From positions 384,001 through 448,000 of the forward strand of contig OZ242008.1 in NCBI GenBank assembly GCA_965204735.1: a stretch of 64,000 nucleotides of DNA, given 5' to 3'. The notes beneath the pieces are model-generated. The model was not told the origin of the DNA. It saw only the letters and a list, made by a program, of their open reading frames with translations, and searched no databases. Source of the stretch: Longimicrobiales bacterium (GTDB lineage Bacteria; Gemmatimonadota; Gemmatimonadetes; Longimicrobiales; Gaopeijiaceae). Below are positions 43,837 to 52,599 of this stretch, piece by piece (position 1 is the first letter of the stretch; each line of letters opens with the position of its first letter). The translations under genes were made by a program, and so were the position numbers.

Positions 43837-43941
43837 GATCCGAAAGCAGATCGATCTGTCATATAGCGAATATAGCATATATAGCAAATGAGAAGCCCCG
43901 AATGAACCGCCTTTCGGGGAAGGAACTGGACTCGCCGGCAA
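43837..43941. repeat. Dispersed intergenic element, copy 1 (three tandem 9-bp ATATAGC repeats)
   Basis: ATATAGCGA-ATATAGCAT-ATATAGCAA-ATGAGAAGC at 43861-43896; flanks resemble copy 2; hairpin CCCCGAA..TTCGGGG follows. Confidence 0.75.
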
Positions 43942-43951
43942 CTTCGCAGCG

Positions 43952-46042
43952 CTACCTGGCAGTAGCTTCGTCCTTCAGGAACTGGTCGAAGAAGGCGAGC
44001 ATGTCCGCGAGCATCTGGCGGCGGTTGGCCTTGCCGTAGACGTAGTAGTTCTCGTCGGGGTAGGTCGTGTAGCGGAAGGGCTTGTAGTGGTTCTCCAGCG
44101 CACGGGCGAAGAGTTCGGACTGGTCGGAGCCCGGGTAGCGCCCGACGCCGTGGACCATGAAGAGCGGCGTGGCCACCTTGTCCACTTGCGTGACGGCGGA
44201 GCTGCGTCGCCACACGTCTTCGCTGGTGGCGAAGGCTCCCAGCTCGTGCTCCAGCAGCTTCACGTGGCGCAGCTCGTTCTCGCCGTGGTAGAAGTGCACC
44301 CAGTCGGCGTAGCCGGAGCCTGCGATGCCCGCACGGAAGTAGTCCGGCGCAAACGCCACCGCGTACATCGTCATGACGCCGCCGTAGCTGGTGCCCGTGA
44401 TCCCGATCCGCTCCGGGTCCACTTCGGGCAGCGTCTTCAGGTACTCTCCGCCGGCGACCACGTCCTCCAGGTCGCAGTGTCCCCAGCAACCGTTGTTCGC
44501 GTCGGCGAAGGACTTCCCGTACCCCGAGCTCCCGCGGATGTTGGGCAGGAGCACGACGTATCCCCTTTGAGCGAAGAAGTGGACGTGCTGCTGAAAGGTG
44601 TCGTTGAACTGCGACGTGGGACCGCCGTGAATCCAGAGAACGCCCGGGCGCTTGCCGCCGGACGCCGTGGCCCCCGCGTCCCCAGGGGTCGATGAAGTCG
44701 TTGCCGGCGGTCGGTAGAGGTAGGCCGGTATCTCGAAGCCGTCGCTGCTGGCGTAGCTGACCTTCTCGGGCGCCGCCAGCCGGCCCTCGAAGCCGCCGGC
44801 CGGCATGGAGCGCGTCAGCTGTCGCGTCTTGCCGTCGGCCAGCGAGACCGTGAACAGGTCCTTGGGCTTGGTGAGCCCCTCGGCGAAGTAGGCGATTGCG
44901 TCGCTGCCCGGAGCCCACGACGGCGCCGACACGACGCCTTCTTCGGGCGACACCAGGACACGGGGCTCTCCGCCGTCCGCCGACGCCAGGCGCAGTTCGT
45001 GGCGGCCGTTGTGGTTCTCCGTGTAGGCGATCCAGCGTCCGTCGGGAGACCACGCGGCGCCGCTCTGGTCGGCTTCCGCCGGGGCGATCTGCCGGGGTTC
45101 GTCGCGGTCGTCGTTTCCCGTGCGCGACCGTCCCTCTTCCAGCGGGGCGACGAAGTAGTTGATCCAGCCGCTGCGGTGGGAGGGGAAGAGAACGTGTCGG
45201 CCGTCGGGGGAAGGCTGGGGGTGGCCGAACGTGCCGCCGGCCCGGTAGTCGAAGAAGTCGGTGTCGACGAGAACCGTGCGCGGGTTGGCGCCGTCCGCGT
45301 CCACCTCGATGACCTCGTGGTCCTCCCATGCGTCGTCCAGACGCACGTAGAGGATGCGGCGGGAATCCGGCGTCCAGCTGGGGAACACGTCGTAGCGTTC
45401 GTCGGCGGTCAGCCGCTGGACGCGGCCCGTGGCGACTTCGGCCTTCCAGATGTCGTAGTTGCCGTAGCGGTCCCCGGCGAAGGCGATCCAGCGCTCGTCG
45501 GGGGACCAGCTCATGGAGTTGATCCGCGCCCCAAGGTTCGTGAGCTGCACCTCCCGCCCGTCGGCGGTGGACCACAGCCAAATCTCCGGCGCGCCGCTCT
45601 TGTCGGACACATAGGAAATCCAGCTTCCAGCCGGCGACCAGCCGGGCATCTGGGACGCCAGGAAGTGGCCGGAGCTGCCCATCTCCACGGGTATGCGGAC
45701 CGGGAAGCCGCCGTCGGGGGAGATCGTCGTCAGGCCGCCGGTCAGTGCCGATTGGACCAGTATCTGCGAGCCGTCGGGCGACCACGCAGGCGAACCGGAG
45801 ACCACCGACTCGATGGAGAGGAGCTGATCGACGCCGAGAATCTGGGTCGCGGCCCCGGCGCGCGGCGCCGAAGCCATCTGCAGCAGAGCCGAAGCGGCGA
45901 GCAGAGCCGCCGCCGAGCGTCGAGTCGCCGCCGGACGCCGTTGTGGAGAGCGTCGTCGCAGAGTCGAGCGTCGTTGTGGAGCCGAGCGTCGTTGCGGAGT
46001 CGAACGTCGTCGCGGAAGGGAGGTCAAGCTGGCGTTGGACAT
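43952..46042 (-). CDS. S9/prolyl-oligopeptidase-like alpha/beta hydrolase with TolB/PD40 propeller
   Basis: Repeated WSPDG motifs, IHGGPTSQ, PNIRGSSGYG, nucleophile motif GTSYGG; signal peptide. Confidence 0.9.
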   Translation of the reverse strand: MSNASLTSLPRRRSTPQRRSAPQRRSTLRRRSPQRRPAATRRSAAALLAASALLQMASAPRAGAATQILGVDQLLSIESVVSGSPAWSPDGSQILVQSALTGGLTTISPDGGFPVRIPVEMGSSGHFLASQMPGWSPAGSWISYVSDKSGAPEIWLWSTADGREVQLTNLGARINSMSWSPDERWIAFAGDRYGNYDIWKAEVATGRVQRLTADERYDVFPSWTPDSRRILYVRLDDAWEDHEVIEVDADGANPRTVLVDTDFFDYRAGGTFGHPQPSPDGRHVLFPSHRSGWINYFVAPLEEGRSRTGNDDRDEPRQIAPAEADQSGAAWSPDGRWIAYTENHNGRHELRLASADGGEPRVLVSPEEGVVSAPSWAPGSDAIAYFAEGLTKPKDLFTVSLADGKTRQLTRSMPAGGFEGRLAAPEKVSYASSDGFEIPAYLYRPPATTSSTPGDAGATASGGKRPGVLWIHGGPTSQFNDTFQQHVHFFAQRGYVVLLPNIRGSSGYGKSFADANNGCWGHCDLEDVVAGGEYLKTLPEVDPERIGITGTSYGGVMTMYAVAFAPDYFRAGIAGSGYADWVHFYHGENELRHVKLLEHELGAFATSEDVWRRSSAVTQVDKVATPLFMVHGVGRYPGSDQSELFARALENHYKPFRYTTYPDENYYVYGKANRRQMLADMLAFFDQFLKDEATAR

Positions 46043-46082
46043 CTTCGTGCCTCCGAAGTTGTGCCGTCGGGCGGTCCGGGCT

Positions 46083-46517
46083 TCAGTACACCCAGAGGCT
46101 CGACTGTTCCAGGTGGTTCTCCAGGCGCCACAGGATCGTCTCGCCGCGCCTGGGGTAGATGGTGGCGCTGTAGTAGGGCGCGTCGGCGCCGACGGGGTCG
46201 GCCACGAGGCGGAAGCCGGAGCCTGCCAGCAGGCTTCTCGGCAGGGCCGTCGAGTCGGTGCGCATGCTGGTCACCGAGAGGAGGCGGTAGCGCTCGGCCT
46301 CGCGGACGGCGTAGATGCGCATGTCGGCCCAGTTGCGGTTGTGGACGTGCAGGCGGCTGGGCGCCTCAGCCGCCTCCGCTGCGTCCGCCCCGGCCCCCAG
46401 GCCCTCGACGCGGGAGGACCCGGGGGACGCGCAGGCGGTCCCTGCCAGCAGCAGTACGACGGCTGCGCAGACCAGGGGCCGTCCGCCTACGGGACGAACC
46501 CGGGTTGGGTCGTGCAC
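46083..46517 (-). CDS. Hypothetical lipoprotein
   Basis: LVCAAVVLLLAGTAC lipobox; LHVHNRNWADMRIYAV; overlaps the end of the SusD gene. Start uncertain. Confidence 0.65.
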   Translation of the reverse strand: MHDPTRVRPVGGRPLVCAAVVLLLAGTACASPGSSRVEGLGAGADAAEAAEAPSRLHVHNRNWADMRIYAVREAERYRLLSVTSMRTDSTALPRSLLAGSGFRLVADPVGADAPYYSATIYPRRGETILWRLENHLEQSSLWVY

Positions 46518-47893
46518 CCCGCCGGAACGTCGGGCTCCCGGGGCAGGCACTCGCTCAGCGGATACGGCATGGCGTCGTGCAGGCGCTGATCGGCGCTGGG
46601 CGGCCCAAGCACGGGGATCTCCATCAGCTTGCCGTAGCGGTTCATGTCGACCCAGGTGTGGCCCCACTCGAACACCAGCGAGAAGCGCTTGTTGTACAGC
46701 AGCTCGTCCAGCAGGTCGGCGTCGGAGCCGGCGTAGGACTCCGGCAACGGCTCGAGGCCCCCGGAGCTGGTGCGGACCAGGTTGATGTCCGCGATGGCCT
46801 GGTCGCGGGCGCCCATGGCCAAGTTCGCCTCGGCTCGGAGCAGCACGAGCTCCTCGTTCTTGATCCAGACGAAGGGGTCGCCCGGGTTCTCGTACAGCGT
46901 GTACTGCAGGTCCGAAGCCACCTCCAGAAGCTGATAGGTGGGCACTTCCTTGAACTTCGTCGCGAAGCGCAGGTCCCTGGAGCCGTCGGCCCGCGTCTGC
47001 GCCTCGTCGCGGAAGCGGGTGTTGGCCCACAGCAGGTCGGGACGGTTGGCCGGGTTCACCATGTCGCCCGAGTTGACGGACCAGTCGTGGTAGGCGCCGT
47101 GGTCCAGCGGGCGGTCCGGGTCGAGGAACGATTCCGACAACGCCTGGAGCGCTGCCGGCCAGTTGTTCCGCTGCACCTCGGCGCGCGCCTTGAGCGCCCG
47201 GTTGAGCGCAAGAAACGAGGAGGGCGCGTTGAAGTCGTCGAGTCCGCCGGGAACGCTGAAGGGGAAGGCGTCGGCGCCGGCCAGGTCCGAGCGGGCGTCG
47301 TCCAGCAGATTCGCGACGTGGTCGTAGAGCTCGGTTTCCGAGACGATCGGCGCAGGGTCGGCGTTGGGGTCCGAATCGACTGCCACGGGCGCCCCCAGCC
47401 GCCTTCGCGTGACGGCCACGTGGAGGAACTCGTACGCCTGGATCGTCTTGGCGAAGCCCCGCACCGCCGCGGTCTCGCCTGCGGGCAGCTCGGACGCGCC
47501 CAGGGCTTCGAGCAGCAAGTTGGCGTTGCGGATGTTCTGGTAGGCCTCGCCCCAGACCTGCGTGCCCACCCAGAGGGTCCCGTCCCAGGGGTCGCGCACG
47601 CTGCCCGGAAGCGCGGAGCCGGTCGGCGCCATGGGGTAGACTTCGCGCCCGAAGGCGCCGACCCACATCACCATGTCGGCGGCCGTGATCCTCGTGTCGA
47701 AGAGCAGCCCCTGGGCCGCGGCCGCGACTGCCGCCCGGTTGGGGTTGTTCTGCAGGTCTTCCACGCTGGGGTTGTTGTAGTCGGGGACCACGAGGTCGCA
47801 CGCGGACGCCGCCGTTGCGGCCAGCCCGGACGCCAGAACCCCGACCCGGAGCCGGCGGATGCCGGCGCGCCGAGCGACGAATCGCTTGTTCAT
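46487..47893 (-). CDS. SusD/RagB family lipoprotein
   Basis: AASAC-DLVVPDYNNP lipobox; KNEELVLLRAEA..INLVRT..FEWGHTWVDMNRYG. Alternative start ATG 47911. Confidence 0.9.
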   Translation of the reverse strand: MNKRFVARRAGIRRLRVGVLASGLAATAASACDLVVPDYNNPSVEDLQNNPNRAAVAAAAQGLLFDTRITAADMVMWVGAFGREVYPMAPTGSALPGSVRDPWDGTLWVGTQVWGEAYQNIRNANLLLEALGASELPAGETAAVRGFAKTIQAYEFLHVAVTRRRLGAPVAVDSDPNADPAPIVSETELYDHVANLLDDARSDLAGADAFPFSVPGGLDDFNAPSSFLALNRALKARAEVQRNNWPAALQALSESFLDPDRPLDHGAYHDWSVNSGDMVNPANRPDLLWANTRFRDEAQTRADGSRDLRFATKFKEVPTYQLLEVASDLQYTLYENPGDPFVWIKNEELVLLRAEANLAMGARDQAIADINLVRTSSGGLEPLPESYAGSDADLLDELLYNKRFSLVFEWGHTWVDMNRYGKLMEIPVLGPPSADQRLHDAMPYPLSECLPREPDVPAGCTTQPGFVP

Positions 47894-47910
47894 CTCTCGC
47901 TCTCCCTTCA

Positions 47911-50900
47911 TCAGAACGCCACGTCCACCGAGAACCACCAGCTTCGGCTGGGCGGGAACGGCGCCACGTCCTGTCCCCGGCCCACGGCTTCGCTGCCGAA
48001 GTTGCTGACTTCCGGGTCGAGGCCGGGGTAGTCGGTGAACGTCAGCAAGTTGCGGCCGCTGACGTTGAGGCGGATCGAACGTGCGCCGCGCCAGATGCGC
48101 GCCGTCATGGCGGGCGGCACTTCGTAGCTGACGGTCAGCTCTCGCAGCTTGACGAACGACGCGTCCTGGAAGTACGTGCCCGTGTTGTTGGGAAACTCGC
48201 GGTTCCGCTTCACGCACACGCTTTCGCCGTCCACCAGGTTGTTGCAGTCCTCGGTGTTCCGCGTGAGGTCGAAGAGGAAGCGCGTGAGGTTGTTCACGGT
48301 ACCGCCCTTCTGCCAGTCCAGGCTTCCGAAGACGTTGAACTGGCCGTAGCGCAGGTCGTTCGACACGCCGACTCGAAAGTCCGCGTTGGAATCCGAGATC
48401 GGCCGCACCGCCACCTCGCCCGTCTCCGGGTCCGGCCCGTTGCCCCACAGCCAAGTCAGCGACCGGCCCTCTTCCGCCACCGTCGTTCCGTAGAAGTAGC
48501 CGAAGCCCTGGATCGTGAAGCGAGGCACCGGCAGCGACACCACCTTGCTTCGGTTCATGCCGAAGGTCGCCCGAGCGGTCCACTGCAGGTCGCGGGTGAA
48601 GTAGGGCACCGCGGTCAGCGCCGCTTCGACGCCCCAAGTGTTGATCTCGCCGCCGTTGAAGATCGCCTCGTCGAAGCCCGTGGAGGGCGCCAGCGAGCGT
48701 TCCAGGATCACGTCGCGGATCGTCTTGTTGAAGTAGGTGAACTCGACCGTGGCCCGGTCGTCTGCCAGGGTTGCGTCGAAGCCGCCCTCGATCTCGGTCT
48801 GCCGCTCCGGCCGCAAGTCGAGCGCCGCGGTGGTTCCCACGACCCGCAGCGCCGGCAGGCCGGCGATGTTGCGGCCTTCGTACTCGGTGAACTTCTGTCC
48901 GTAGACCGGCTGGTTCCCCGACTGGCCCCACGCGCCCCGGAACTTGATCTCTTCGAGCCCCGCGCGTCCCACCGGCCACCGGAAGGAGGCCGCCAGCTTG
49001 GGGTAGAAGTGGTACTCGTCGGTGTTCGAGTTGTTCGAGCTGCGGTCGGCGCGAACGCCGGCGGTGAGCAGCACGCGTTCGTCCAGCAGCAGCACCTCTT
49101 CTTGCGCGAAGACGCCGAAGTCCACGGACCTTGCGCGGTTCTGCCGCACTTCCGTGGCCGTTCCCCGGTCGATGTTCTGCAGGCCGCCGATCAGGTTCTT
49201 TGCGATTGTGCTGCTCACGTCCAGGTCGCGTATCTCGTACTGGGTGCCGAACGAGGTCGTGGAGTGGAAGGCGTCCGAGTCGTAGGTGTAGACGGCGTTG
49301 GCGTTGACGTTCAGGTACTGGCTGTATCCGGAGCCCAGCACCGACGTGCCCGACAGGCCGTCGTTGGGCTCGAACTGCGTCTCGGGAGGCGAGAAGAGCG
49401 CGTTCTTCTGGTTGAAGAAGTCGATGCCGCCGGTCGTGCTCAGGCGCAAGGTGTGGGCGCCCGACGAGATCGCGTCGAAGGTCAGGTTGCCCGAGCCCAC
49501 GAAGCGCCAGACTTCCTCGTTGTTCCGCACCAGCGACGCCGTCTCCAGGATGTTGGAGGCCGCGAAGGGGTTCCGGGGGTAGCTCCCCTGGCCGTCGGGG
49601 CAGTCGTCCACGTCGGCTTGGCGGCTTCCGTTGCCGCACACCGCGCGCAGGTCCACGAAGCTGGGGGTGGACGGCAGCGTCATGTAGTAGCTGATGCTGC
49701 GGTTGTCGTTGTTGGTGATTCCGCGTCCCGCAAGGGTGTGGACCGCGTTGGTGTTCAGGCTGAACGAGACCTTGTCGCCCAGCGTCTGGTCGATGTTGAG
49801 CTTGAGCGATTCCTTGTTGTAGAAAGTGTTGTCGATGATGCCGCCGTCGTGCTTGACCAGGCCGGAAGCGTAGTAGCGGGTGTCCTCGGTGCCTCCGCTG
49901 ACGCTGGCCGCGGTCTCGTAGGAAAGCGGCGTCCGGCCCGCCAGCAGCTCCTCGTGGTCGAAGAACTTGCCGGGCTCCCAATGGTCCGCCGCCTGGGGAC
50001 CGAAGAACTCGACGGCCTCTTCCATCGACGTGAACTCTCGCAGCCCGAGCTTGTTGGCGAGCTGGAAGAAGCCGAAGCGCTGGGTCACGTTGAACCGAGG
50101 CGCGCCGACCCGGCCCCGCTTCGTGCGGATGACGATCACGCCGTTGTTGGCCTTGGAGCCGTAGATGGCGGCGGCCGACGCTCCCTTCAGGATCTCGATG
50201 CTTTCGATGTCGTAGGGGTTGAGGTCCGAGATGCGGTTGGCCGAGTTGTCCTGGGAGCCTCCTCTGATCGGGTTCGACGAAGAGACGGTGACGGTGTGCA
50301 CGCCCGACGGTATCGTCTGGTCGCTGACGATCACGCCGTCCACGACGTAGAGCGGCCGGTGGCTCCCGAGAATGGTGGACACGCCTCGGAGCTGGAGCTG
50401 CATTCCGCCGCCGGGGGCGCCCGAGTTCGACTGGATGTTGGCGCCGGCCACCTTCCCCCTCAACGCCTGCTCCACCGAGGCCGCTGGAACGCGGTCGAGT
50501 TCCCGGGCGCTCACCGACGAGACGGCGTTGGCCAAGTTGCGGCGGGAGACGCCGGTGGCTTGGCCGGTGACCACGACCTCGTCCAGGTTGAGGACGTCCA
50601 TGCGAAGGGCCACGTCCACGTTGTCGACGCCGGCGGGAACCGCGACCGTGGCCGGCTGGTAGCCCAGCATGGTGACCTCCAGGGCGACCTCGCCGGGCGT
50701 GACGGCGACGGAGAAGTTGCCGTCGTCGTTGGTGAACGCGCCCAGCGCCGTGCCAGCGACCGCCACCGCCGCGCCGGAAACGGGTTGGCCCGTGGTCGCG
50801 TCCGACACCGAGCCCGTGACCACGCGAGTCTGCGCCCCTGCTGGGTCGGGCGCTCCGCAGAGCATGGCCCAGGCCCATCCCACCGCGAGCGTTGCGAGAA

Positions 50901-50931
50901 CGAACGCCCGTCCCTCATGACGTTGCTTCAT
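47911..50931 (-). CDS. SusC/RagA family TonB-dependent receptor
   Basis: LDEVVVTGQATG, DLNPYDIESIEILKGASAAAIYGSKANNGVIVIRTKRG, DASFVKLRE, terminal Phe. Confidence 0.95.
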   Translation of the reverse strand: MKQRHEGRAFVLATLAVGWAWAMLCGAPDPAGAQTRVVTGSVSDATTGQPVSGAAVAVAGTALGAFTNDDGNFSVAVTPGEVALEVTMLGYQPATVAVPAGVDNVDVALRMDVLNLDEVVVTGQATGVSRRNLANAVSSVSARELDRVPAASVEQALRGKVAGANIQSNSGAPGGGMQLQLRGVSTILGSHRPLYVVDGVIVSDQTIPSGVHTVTVSSSNPIRGGSQDNSANRISDLNPYDIESIEILKGASAAAIYGSKANNGVIVIRTKRGRVGAPRFNVTQRFGFFQLANKLGLREFTSMEEAVEFFGPQAADHWEPGKFFDHEELLAGRTPLSYETAASVSGGTEDTRYYASGLVKHDGGIIDNTFYNKESLKLNIDQTLGDKVSFSLNTNAVHTLAGRGITNNDNRSISYYMTLPSTPSFVDLRAVCGNGSRQADVDDCPDGQGSYPRNPFAASNILETASLVRNNEEVWRFVGSGNLTFDAISSGAHTLRLSTTGGIDFFNQKNALFSPPETQFEPNDGLSGTSVLGSGYSQYLNVNANAVYTYDSDAFHSTTSFGTQYEIRDLDVSSTIAKNLIGGLQNIDRGTATEVRQNRARSVDFGVFAQEEVLLLDERVLLTAGVRADRSSNNSNTDEYHFYPKLAASFRWPVGRAGLEEIKFRGAWGQSGNQPVYGQKFTEYEGRNIAGLPALRVVGTTAALDLRPERQTEIEGGFDATLADDRATVEFTYFNKTIRDVILERSLAPSTGFDEAIFNGGEINTWGVEAALTAVPYFTRDLQWTARATFGMNRSKVVSLPVPRFTIQGFGYFYGTTVAEEGRSLTWLWGNGPDPETGEVAVRPISDSNADFRVGVSNDLRYGQFNVFGSLDWQKGGTVNNLTRFLFDLTRNTEDCNNLVDGESVCVKRNREFPNNTGTYFQDASFVKLRELTVSYEVPPAMTARIWRGARSIRLNVSGRNLLTFTDYPGLDPEVSNFGSEAVGRGQDVAPFPPSRSWWFSVDVAF

Positions 50932-51232
50932 GAGGCCTCCTTCCTATTGTTGCGTGCTCGGCGCGTGGCCGCGACACGCTCGCTGGCGGAGTGCGCAGGC
51001 CGGCGACTTCCGGCGTGCGGTCCGCCATTTCACTGCGGTGGTCCATCATGACGCTCGAGGGTGGATGGCGCAAGATCGGGTCGCCGCCGGCCCGCCTCTC
51101 GCGCCCCTGCCGGAGTTCGGCTCCACCGAGCATCGCTCGGCACTCTCGCAGCTTGACGGGCGGGCAGGCCGTCGCTTACGCTGCGCGCGCCGGTTGGCCG
51201 TCCACGGCCATCGGCCGCCCCCATAGCATCCG

Positions 51233-52237
51233 GTGGAATACGTCTTGGCGACTCGCGAGATGGGCAGCATTCGGGAGACCAGCGTGCGGGCTCTGTGGGA
51301 CCACGAGGCCCAGGACTTCACGCCGTGGCTGGCCAGGAACATCGGCTTGCTGGGCGAGGCCCTCCAGATGGACCTGAAGTGTTGCCAGACCGAGGCGCAG
51401 GTCGGCTCGTTTTCGGTGGACATACTGGCGGAAGATCGCGGGCGAAGCCTCCGGGTCGTGATCGAGAATCAGCTTGAATGGACCGACCACGGTCACATGG
51501 GCCAGCTCCTCACGTACGCCGCCGGCCTGGACGCGAGCGTCGTCGTCTGGATTGCACCTCGTTTCCGCGAGGAACATCGAGCGGCCATCGATTGGCTGAA
51601 CCGAACGACCTCGGAAGACGTCGAGTTCTTCGGCGTCGAGGTGCGCGCCATTGCCATCGAGCAGGGTGAAGACAAGCAGGCGTCTCTTCCTGCACCCGAG
51701 TTTCGACCGGTCGCCTTCCCCAACGACTGGACCAAGGGGAACGCCGGCAAGAGAAGCGCTTCTTCAGGCCAACCAGCCAACCAACAGTGGCTCGACTTCT
51801 TTCAACCTCTTGTGGAAAAGCTTCACGAATCTGGGTTCACGACCAAGGCAAGCGCAACGAAGGGACACGTTCAACGGTTCGGTGACGAGTGCGTCCAGCA
51901 CACGTATTACAGTGCATGGTTCGGATGGAGCTACGCCATCGTGAGCGTGGTCATGTTCAACAAGGAGCTGTACGCAAAGTTGGAGGAAAGAGAAGAGGCA
52001 GTTGCCAAAGCTGTAGCCGCCGCCGACATCGAGGGCGAGCTGTTCTGGAGGACTCTCCCGACGCGGGAATTTTCCGAGATACACGTCCGAATCAAGGGAG
52101 CGATCGGCGATCCGCCGGAACGACTCGAAGAGATCAGGGACTGGATGGCTGACACTCTGCCGAAGTTCCGGGAGATCCTCAACCCGCAGATCAAGGAGAT
52201 CGTCCGCGAATCGGAAGGGGGCGCTGCGAGCGCTTAG
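51233..52237 (+). CDS. DUF4268 domain protein with N-terminal PD-(D/E)XK (NucS-like) domain
   Basis: [60 protein letters not shown] family signature. Confidence 0.8.
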   Translation: MEYVLATREMGSIRETSVRALWDHEAQDFTPWLARNIGLLGEALQMDLKCCQTEAQVGSFSVDILAEDRGRSLRVVIENQLEWTDHGHMGQLLTYAAGLDASVVVWIAPRFREEHRAAIDWLNRTTSEDVEFFGVEVRAIAIEQGEDKQASLPAPEFRPVAFPNDWTKGNAGKRSASSGQPANQQWLDFFQPLVEKLHESGFTTKASATKGHVQRFGDECVQHTYYSAWFGWSYAIVSVVMFNKELYAKLEEREEAVAKAVAAADIEGELFWRTLPTREFSEIHVRIKGAIGDPPERLEEIRDWMADTLPKFREILNPQIKEIVRESEGGAASA

Positions 52238-52599
52238 CGTTTTCGCGAGCGCTTGCCCATGGGTTTCTGCGGGTTGCCGCCCGAGAGGACGCGGGGCTCG
52301 GCCGTCGCTGATCTCCGCCGAAGGTCGTGTTCTCTCCAGTCGGGAACGTAGGCGGTCATCAGGGCCTTGAAGAGCTTGCCGTGGTTGGGGACCCGGAGGT
52401 GGAGCAGCTCGTGAGCGATCACAAAGTCCTGGAACCCTGGCGGCTGGCCGGCCAAGTCGGTGGCCAGCGTGACGTTGCCCGCCGTGGAGCAGGAGCCCCA
52501 CTTCCGGGTCATCCGCCGAATCCGAACGGACTTGGGCTGCACGTCGAGGCGGGTTGCCCACGAAAGCACGCGACCGCGAAGGGCGTCAGTCGTCGTCAT
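52234..52599 (-). CDS. Short M48/YgjP (DUF45) metal-binding protein associated with type I R-M
   Basis: [24 protein letters not shown] (HExxH); overlaps the hsdR end. Confidence 0.88.
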   Translation of the reverse strand: MTTTDALRGRVLSWATRLDVQPKSVRIRRMTRKWGSCSTAGNVTLATDLAGQPPGFQDFVIAHELLHLRVPNHGKLFKALMTAYVPDWREHDLRRRSATAEPRVLSGGNPQKPMGKRSRKR

